Of a DNA stretch of 6,127 bases, positions 1 through 6,060 are shown one piece after another. The notes beneath the pieces were generated by a model. The model saw nothing but the letters and a program-made list of their open reading frames with translations. It ran no database searches and was not told the origin of the DNA. Origin of the DNA: Octopus sinensis (Eukaryota); NCBI RefSeq assembly GCF_006345805.1, contig NW_021829790.1, positions 1 through 6,127 on the forward strand, in the 5' to 3' direction. Made by a program: the position numbers and the translations under genes. Each line of letters starts with the position of its first letter. Positions within the stretch are counted from its first letter, which is position 1.

Positions 1-3
1 CAC

Positions 4-364
4 ATAAGATACAAAATACAAAGTTATATCTTGATATCTTGATATCGCTAGTGATAACAATACTCAAAATATATAACTCTTGTAATTTCGACAAATTGTA
101 TCTTGTCCTCCCTCTTGTATAGAAGTGTGGCTACAATCCAGCCTACCTCTACTTCTGGGTGGGTGGGGGAGCATTTTTAATTTTTATCCGGGACGTCCTA
201 CGTCCCAGATATAAAGGTAAAAATAAAATATTTCCACTTTGCAAGTTCGAGTCGAGTACTCCCTTGTACGCTCCGTTGACTCGAACCTTGCTTCTATTGT
301 GGCGAATTAACCGCCTCTGGTTAGATATCTTTCATAGTCGCACCAAGACACTTTTCGAAGGTGC
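4..364. other. Cluster of adjacent imperfect inverted repeats/stem-loops of unknown origin (structured RNA or transposon subterminal region)
   Basis: Arms read directly. AAGATACAA 6-14 pairs with TTGTATCTT 96-104. TACAAAGTTATAT 17-29 pairs with ATATAACT(C)TTGTA 71-84. AGAAGT 121-126 pairs with ACTTCT 151-156, with inner GGCT/AGCC. GGGACGT 190-196 pairs with ACGTCCC 200-206, extendable to 173-224. GCAAGTTCGAGTC 241-253 pairs with GACTCGAA(C)CTTGC 278-291. GCACC 340-344 pairs with GGTGC 360-364. Strand and function cannot be determined. Confidence 0.55.
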
Positions 365-420
365 TTTCCTCCAGGTGTTCAAATCTTTTTTCTGTACATT
401 GTATACTTTATAGACAATAT

Positions 421-808
421 TCTTTTCTTTAATTTAATTTTTTATTATTTATCTGGACTATTCCATTTCTGCACACTAATTTTATTTTTAATTTATTCCC
501 ATTAATGTGAAACCACTTATTCAATTTCAAGTCATTGATGCAATTTTATACCAATTGCTATTTTTACTTTTGTTATGTTACGAAATGTTTTTGTTTCACT
601 TTTAACACGTAATGCTGAAATAGTGGAGAAGATATGATATTGCTATGGGCTCGCTCTAGGCAAGATGTTGAACATTTTTTTTTTCCCATGAAAATACATG
701 GACCCTAAGTAAGGCATGTGTAAAATTTGAATGGAATTGGTTGTGTAGTTCTCAAGTTTTAGGGAAACAGACAGACAGACAGACACACATTCTCAGTTTT
801 ATATAATA
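421..808 (-). mobile_element. 5' portion of a non-autonomous Helitron-like element (left boundary uncertain, 3' end not found in window)
   Basis: The minus strand reads TATATAAAACTGAGAATGTGTGT(CTGT)4TTCCCTAAAACTTGAGAACTACACAACCAATTCCATTCAAATTTTACACATG, the TATATAAA + (CTGT)n + AAC..CCAATT..AAATTTT layout I recall from invertebrate non-autonomous Helitron 5' ends. It has the same terminal spacing as the element at 1514-1887 (CATTCTCAGTTTTATATA vs CATTTTGCCGTTTATATA on the + strand). No clean terminal TC is present at 808 (a possible A|TC lies at 820), and no hairpin plus CTAG|T 3' end is visible. The start coordinate 421 is only where the AT-rich stretch begins. Confidence 0.55.
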
Positions 809-810
809 TG

Positions 811-822
811 CGTGTGTGGATG

Positions 823-860
<38 letters not shown>

Positions 861-988
861 CAGCATATGGTTATAGTTCGGTGTTAAATGCAGGGGTAGG
901 GTTGAAGAAAACCATGGTTATAACCGAGTATGTACATACACACATATATCATCATATATATATATCGTATGTCATATATATATATACA

Positions 989-1023
<35 letters not shown>

Positions 1024-1080
1024 GTGTGTATGCATATAAATATATATATGTATATATATATACGTGTGTGTGTGTGTGTA
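811..1080. repeat. Compound (AT)n/(GT)n/(GTAT)n microsatellite interrupted by a short unique island (about 857-930)
   Basis: Pure TA run at 827-855, further AT runs at about 945-1065, and GT run at about 1064-1079. Confidence 0.95.
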
Positions 1081-1512
1081 TCTATGGTCTGCCGAAAAGC
1101 CTCTCGTGGGCCCGGTTCATATCGAGACTAAACAGAAGGGTATGAGTATGTATATTTATCTGTAATTTGTTCTGTTTTGATAATAAGGTGAAACTCGGGA
1201 AGAGTGATGCTGGCTTGTTTCAGCAAAATTAACCAATGGAAGAGTTTGGGGAAGTGTGCCATGGGGAAAGAAATGTTTTAGCGCCTCGAGCTCTTCGCGA
1301 AAGAGAAAATATGTCAGGTTTTATTTTTTTAAAATTTTGTCTCAAATTTGCGAATGATATTCAAGCATTGATTTAGTTGAGAAGAGATTTTTTTTTAAAA
1401 TCCAGAAAGAAATAGTTATATGCTGTGTGCGAGATGCACAATGAGAGAGGAAGTAAAGAATTTGAAGCAGCAGCTTACAATCTCATAGAGGTATGTCTTG
1501 CATTTAAGATGA

Positions 1513-1553
1513 ACTAGCACTATGACACGGCGTTGCCGGGTCATAGTGCCAGT
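1513..1553 (-). other. Helitron 3' subterminal hairpin, extended to a 41-bp palindrome
   Basis: The + strand reads ACTAGCACTATGACACGGC-GTT-GCCGGGTCATAGTGCCAGT: 17 of 19 positions are Watson-Crick paired (mismatches 1516/1550 and 1527/1539) around a 3-nt loop. Confidence 0.9.
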
Positions 1554-1887
1554 GCATGCATATACAGCTGCGTGCGTGCGTACATACACTCAAGTACTGC
1601 CCAAATCTCCAACCAATCACATACAGCTAGCTGGCACTCAATTGGCGTATCAAGTTTCGGGCATTTTGATTGGGTTTTGGATATAAAATTCACAAAAAAG
1701 TCACTTCTATTGATTTTTTAATGGCTTTGCGGGGTGACTTGGGAAATGTAAAGATGTGCACGATCACCCTTGGACGGTTTTGAATGACCATAGAAAGTGC
1801 GAGCCCTCTAACTGAAACATTGTGGATTTGTATAAAGAATACACACACACAAACAGACAGACATTTTGCCGTTTATATATAGAGAGA
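1514..1887 (-). mobile_element. Complete 374-bp non-autonomous Helitron (rolling-circle transposon)
   Basis: The minus strand begins TC (1887-1886; TCTCTCTATATATAAACGGCAAAATGTCTGTCTG) and ends CTAG (1517-1514). It is flanked by host A (complement of T1888) and host T (complement of A1513), i.e. A|TC...CTAG|T with no target-site duplication. A GC-rich hairpin CCCGGC-AAC-GCCGTG (1540-1526) ends about 12 nt before the 3' end. These are the established Helitron hallmarks. There is no RepHel coding capacity. Confidence 0.85.
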
Positions 1888-2190
1888 TGTTTGAAACTCT
1901 AACAGTTGAAATGTTTGATAGTTCTCAAGATCGTTTCAACAGAAATCAAAGATTCTGAATTAACGAGCCACTGAGAGAGCGTCCACGGGATTCTTAAGGT
2001 GTTAAAAACCAACAGCAAATTCTCCCAAACCGTGTGACCGGAAATTCAGTCGCTAGAACTGAATCGAGGTTCGTCGATTGAACTGTGCCTTTATTTCCCT
2101 AGTCTCACAGTGTCTCGGTTGAATTGAGATTTATGTTCATCTTAGAAATATCTGTGAAACAAACACTGACTGAAGTAGAAAGTCGTAGCT

Positions 2191-2568
2191 GTGTGTGTGT
2201 GTGTGTGTGTGAACTTATGTATGTATGTATATATTTAGATAAGTACGTATGTATGTATATATATATGTATGCGTGTATGTATTTATGTGTGTACGTATTT
2301 ATGTGTGTATGTATGTATGTACATACGTACGTATGTATGTTTGCATTTATGTATGCATTTACGTAAGGCGTATGTATATATGTATGTATGAACGTACGTG
2401 CGTACGCATTATGTATGTATGTAAGTATGTATGTATGTGGGTATGTATGTATGTACATACGTACATATGTATGTATATATTAACGTGCGTACGTATGTAT
2501 CTACGTATTTATGTATGTATGCATGTATGAACGTACGTACGTATGTATGTACGTAGGTATGTATATAT
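2191..2568. repeat. (GT)10 followed by a degenerate (GTAT)n/(GTAC)n tetranucleotide array
   Basis: Pure GT run at 2191-2210, then about 350 bp of GTAT with GTAC, GTAA and TTAT variants. Confidence 0.95.
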
Positions 2569-2609
2569 GAAAAGTGGGTTCAGTGTCGCGCATCGCTTTG
2601 TCCTTTCAG

Positions 2610-2715
2610 ACCAAATTCACTCACAGAACCTCTTGCACTCTTGAAAAGAATGGTTCGCAGGGACTCACCATTCTTAGGTGGTGGTCATACTCTGCCACGA
2701 GTTAACTTCCACCAA
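2610..2715 (+). CDS. Candidate internal coding exon (106 nt) of an unidentified host gene
   Basis: Pyrimidine-rich acceptor GCTTTGTCCTTTCAG| (AG at 2608-2609) and donor CAA|GTATGT (GT at 2716). One frame is open across it (from 2611): PNSLTEPLALLKRMVRRDSPFLGGGHTLPRVNFHQ, which is non-repetitive. I do not recognise the protein. ACCAAATTCACTCACA at the start also resembles a motif I recall from octopus SINEs, so a repeat origin is possible. Confidence 0.35.
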
Positions 2716-2880
2716 GTATGTATGAAGCAATCCTTATCCACAGGTGTGACACCAAGGTGCAGGCTTTATAACACAGTTTCGATTCCGAATCTATTCCTTC
2801 ATGTCATAAACACTTTCTACCTCAGAGTTTCTGCTTATATCATAACAGAGAGAAGCATTTCTCCACATGCTCAGATGTGC

Positions 2881-2966
2881 GCATATATATATATATATAT
2901 ACATGTTTGCACAACTATGTCAACACACACACACACACACACACTCCTCTCTCTATATATATATAT
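2881..2966. repeat. (AT)n/(CA)n/(CT)n compound microsatellite
   Basis: AT run at about 2883-2901, CA run at about 2923-2944, then CT and AT runs. Confidence 0.95.
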
Positions 2967-2970
2967 TTCA

Positions 2971-3060
2971 TTATCTCTTCTTTCACTTGTTTCAATTATT
3001 AGACTGCGGCCATGCTGGAGCACTGCTTTCAAGAGTTTTTAGTCGAACGAATCAATCCAA
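2971..3060 (-). mobile_element. 5'-truncated 3' tail of an octopus-type tRNA-derived SINE
   Basis: The minus strand reads TTGGATTGATTCGTTCGACTAAAAACTCTTGAAAGCAGTGCTCCAGCATGGCCGCAGTCTAATAATTGAAACAAGTGAAAGAAGAG. This resembles the abundant Octopus SINE 3' end as I recall it (GTTCGACTAAAA...GGCGGTGCTCCAGCATGGCCGCAGTC...GAAACAAGTAAAAG). It is recognised from memory and not verified by search. No tRNA head or A/B boxes are present. Confidence 0.6.
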
Positions 3061-3063
3061 GTA

Positions 3064-3180
3064 TCATACACACACACACACACACACACATGTATACACA
3101 CACACACACACACCAAATATATATATATATATATATATATATGTGCATATATATATATGTATGTATAAATAAATATTATA

Positions 3181-3272
<92 letters not shown>

Positions 3273-3422
3273 GACATACGTACATATCCTCTACATGTAT
3301 TAGGTATTCTGTTTTTCTTAGTAGCACAATTTGCATTTATATATATATATACATTTGCATATATATGCAATTTGCATACACACACACATATGTAACGTGT
3401 GTGTAAGTAGAGAGAGAGAGAG
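3064..3422. repeat. (CA)n/(TA)n/(AG)n compound microsatellite region
   Basis: CA runs at about 3068-3112, long AT runs at 3117-3262 including (TA)20 at 3223-3262, and (AG)7 at 3409-3422. Confidence 0.95.
3329..3377 (+). promoter_or_regulatory. Cluster of three perfect octamer motifs (ATTTGCAT), possible POU-factor sites
   Basis: ATTTGCAT occurs at 3329-3336, 3353-3360 and 3370-3377. The third copy overlaps the palindrome TATGCAA-T-TTGCATA (3364-3378). The motifs are seen directly, but function is untested. Confidence 0.3.
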
Positions 3423-3527
3423 TCGGGGAGAGCAATATACTTCAATATATACGCACAATTCTACATTGCTTACACGGTTATGCATGAAGGAGTGCACACA
3501 TGCCTGAGATTGAAGGAGCATGTGAAT

Positions 3528-3588
3528 GTATATACTTACATATATACATACGTACATACATACATACATACACACATACATACATATA
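3528..3588. repeat. (CATA)n microsatellite
   Basis: Runs of CATA/TACA with occasional CA and CGTA variants. Confidence 0.9.
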
Positions 3589-3774
3589 GATATATCGGTG
3601 TGGGATAACACACCCATTTAAAGAACATACCCGTTTGGGATACTTAATATCTTTTATATATTCCATCCACCTCCTCCACCAACAAACCCGAGTGTTTAGT
3701 CTGTGTGTGTGTGTATTCGTGTAATGGGTACGTATGAATGCATTTGGATGTTAGACTAATTTTAATGAATGCTT

Positions 3775-3855
3775 ACACACATACACACACACACACACAC
3801 GCGTACTTACGTACATACATTAATATATACCTATGTTTGTATATATATACGTATA

Positions 3856-3924
<69 letters not shown>

Positions 3925-3940
3925 GTATATATATATATTC
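3775..3940. repeat. (CA)n, perfect (AT)27 and (GTAT)n microsatellites
   Basis: CA run at 3775-3800, uninterrupted AT at 3859-3912, then GTAT repeats. Confidence 0.95.
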
Positions 3941-4005
3941 ATAGACGTACATGCGTGTAATTTTGTATATGTATGTATAAAGAATATAAGCACACATATA
4001 TAATC

Positions 4006-4265
4006 TGTGTGTGTGTTGTGGTGTGTGTGTGTGTGGTGTGTATAGGATTTCCTTAAGTTACAGATATTAAGATAATCTAAAATAAATGGTTTAGTTTCGA
4101 CTATCTCTATAAACCCACTTACACACACACGCACACACACAAAAACACACACGCATACATACATGCACATATAATGTATATATATTATATATCTATATAA
4201 TTATATATTATATATATATATAGCCTAAATATATGTATGTATATATTTACATATTTATATAATAT

Positions 4266-4303
<38 letters not shown>

Positions 4304-4418
4304 TATATAATATATATATATATAATATATTATTATGTATATATACGATATATATGTCTGTATATATGTATGTATGTATGTGTATTTATGTATGTATGTA
4401 TGTATGTATGTATGTGTG
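4006..4418. repeat. (GT)n, (CA)n, degenerate (AT)n and (GTAT)n microsatellites with a unique island at about 4041-4120
   Basis: GT/GGT at 4006-4040, CA/CATA at 4121-4170, AT-rich at 4171-4350, and GTAT at 4366-4418. Confidence 0.9.
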
Positions 4419-4554
4419 CCGATAGACTTGCAACTCCCATACGTTCCCCTATCAAGAAAGACACATATATCTTTGATACGGTGGATCGGATATCACTGAA
4501 CTGAACTCAGTGATACGACATGGTAGGTAGAAAAACGAGCAAATACCGTGCTGT

Positions 4555-4845
4555 ACATATACACACATACATGCATGCATACATACATACATACATACAT
4601 GCATACACACAGGCACACATACATATACATACATACATGCATACATTGATTTATACATGTGTACGTACATACACGTACAACACACAGCTATATTACGCAC
4701 ACATGTTCATAAAAATGTTTGTATACTCACATACATAAAAATGTTCATATATATATATATATGTACATGCATACATACATACATGCATATATATATATAT
4801 ACACACGTATATATATATCTGTATGTATATACATACTTATATGCT
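4555..4845. repeat. Degenerate (CATA)n/(AT)n array
   Basis: CATA/CATG/CACA units throughout. A short diverged duplication ATGTTCATA occurs at about 4703-4711 and 4741-4749. Confidence 0.9.
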
Positions 4846-4959
4846 CCCATGTAAATCAAATACATGTGCAATACATAAACATAAGCGGATGATCTCATGG
4901 AGTTATCTAAATATGCATTACATATAATTATTGTAGAAATGTGTGTGCATATACACAGG

Positions 4960-4970
4960 TGTATATAAAT

Positions 4971-5006
<36 letters not shown>

Positions 5007-5027
5007 GGGGAGGGGAGTGAGAGAGAG
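4960..5027. repeat. (GT)n, (AG)9 and G-rich purine tract
   Basis: GT run to 4988, AG run at 4989-5006, then GGGGGAGGGGAGTGAGAGAGAG. Confidence 0.9.
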
Positions 5028-5151
5028 TTATTGTGTGCGAGTGAGTGTATCTGCGGGTGTAGATGTTATATCTAAGATATACGGAAGTGATGTAGGGATG
5101 GGTGGAGAGGGAGTGATGTATCTTCAGAATGAGGAGACGTGAGTACGATAT

Positions 5152-5972
5152 CGTGGTGGTAGTGGCGGTGGTGATGGTGATGGTGGTGGTGGTGGTGGTG
5201 GTAGTGATGGTGGTGGTGGTGTTAGTATTGACTGTAGTGATGGTAGTGATGATGGTGGTTGTTGTAGTGGTAGTTGTGGTGGTAATGGTGGAAGTGTTAG
5301 TTGTAGTTGTAGAGGTAGTGATGATAGTGATGGTGGTGGTGGTGGTAGTATTGACTGTGGTGATGGTAGTGATGATGGTGGTGATTGTGATGGTGGTTGT
5401 TGTAGTGGTAGTTGTGGTGGAAGTGTTAGTGTTAGTTGTAGTTGTCGAGGTAGTGGTGGTGGTGATGGTAAGAATGGTAGTGGGTGGTGGTGGTAGTGGT
5501 AGTGATGGTGATAGTGTTGTTGTTGTTGGTGGTGGTGGTAGTGGTAGTGATGGTGATAGTGTTGTTGTTGTTGTGGTGGTGGTGGTGATAGTGGCAGTGT
5601 TAGAGGAGATAGTGGTTGTAGTAGTTGTAGTAGTATAGTGGTGGTACTGAAGTTGTTTGTGGTAGGATTTCGTAAGATTGGTAACGATGGTGGTGGTTTT
5701 GGTGTTGTTGGTGGTGGTGATGGTTTTATAGCAGTGTAGGTAGTGGTGATATGATAAGAAACGAGCGATGGTGTTTGTGTTGTAGTATTCAATGGTGTAG
5801 TGTTGGTATTAGTATATGGTAGTCGTGGTGGCGGATGTAGTACAAGGGTGGTGTGGATATTGCTATTCATGTTGTAGTATACGGCTGATGTTGGTATTGG
5901 TCTCAGTAAAAGCAGTGTCACGGGTGATGGTGTTAGTAACAATATGTGATGGTGTAGTTTTGTAGTAGTTTT

Positions 5973-6033
<61 letters not shown>

Positions 6034-6060
6034 GAGGAGGAGGAGGAGGATTAGGAGTAG
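5152..6060. repeat. Compound trinucleotide repeat (GTG/GTA/GAT/GTT)n ending in (GTA)20 and (GGA)6
   Basis: Triplet-periodic G/T-rich tract almost devoid of C on the + strand. Pure GTA at 5973-6032 and GGA at 6033-6050. Confidence 0.95.
5483..5572. repeat. Exact 45-bp tandem duplication inside the triplet tract
   Basis: GGTGGTGGTGGTAGTGGTAGTGATGGTGATAGTGTTGTTGTTGTT occurs at 5483-5527 and again, identical, at 5528-5572. Confidence 0.95.

Noticed and set aside
173-300. H/ACA snoRNA interpretation (hairpin, ANANNA at 225-230, hairpin)
   Set aside because: There is no ACA box after the second hairpin, and ANANNA is frequent by chance in AT-rich DNA.
352-375. Minus-strand GAGGAAAG resembling the RNase P conserved GAGGAAAGUCC
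   Set aside because: It continues CACC rather than UCC, and no complementary P4 partner motif was found.
159-413. 84-aa plus-strand ORF, and a minus-strand SKVRVNG peptide resembling the LINE reverse-transcriptase VRVNG motif (about 270-290)
   Set aside because: The ORF has a GTG start and no recognisable domain. The VRVNG word is not followed by the expected GxxQGxxLSP motif and the frame is flanked by stops.
910-925. Overlapping 10-bp palindromes AACCATGGTT and GGTTATAACC
   Set aside because: They are short and isolated, with no supporting context, and are compatible with chance or a tiny local inversion.
1905-2080. Short hairpins GTTGAAA/TTTCAAC, TTCAGT/ACTGAA and AATCGA/TCGATT
   Set aside because: Stems of 6-7 bp are at chance level in AT-rich DNA, and there is no regular repeat-spacer organisation, so this is not CRISPR-like.
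2660-2830. Minus-strand exon ending at a GTGAGT donor (+ strand ACTCAC at about 2663-2668)
   Set aside because: The frames from the nearest reasonable acceptor are all closed by stops.
2641-3042. 133-aa ORF as a complete gene
   Set aside because: It runs through microsatellites and a SINE-like fragment. Only the 2610-2715 segment has splice signals and is kept as a low-confidence exon.
4457-4522. 66-nt exon candidate (AAG| acceptor, ATG|GTAGGT donor)
   Set aside because: All three frames contain stop codons and the acceptor is weak.
812-4898. The many ORFs rich in Y/I/C/V/M/H/T alternations (for example 812-1039, 2105-2458, 2249-2530, 3012-3395, 3820-4170, 4520-4738)
   Set aside because: They are translations of (AT)n, (GT)n, (CA)n and (GTAT)n repeats, which lack stop codons in several frames. 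No domain-like sequence is present.
5124-5942. 272-aa Pro/His/Gln/Thr-rich minus-strand ORF and 169-aa poly-Val plus-strand ORF (5129-5638)
   Set aside because: Both are direct read-outs of the (GTG/GTA/GAT)n triplet tract on opposite strands and frames. The GGGGSGSDGDS repeat is just the 45-bp duplication.
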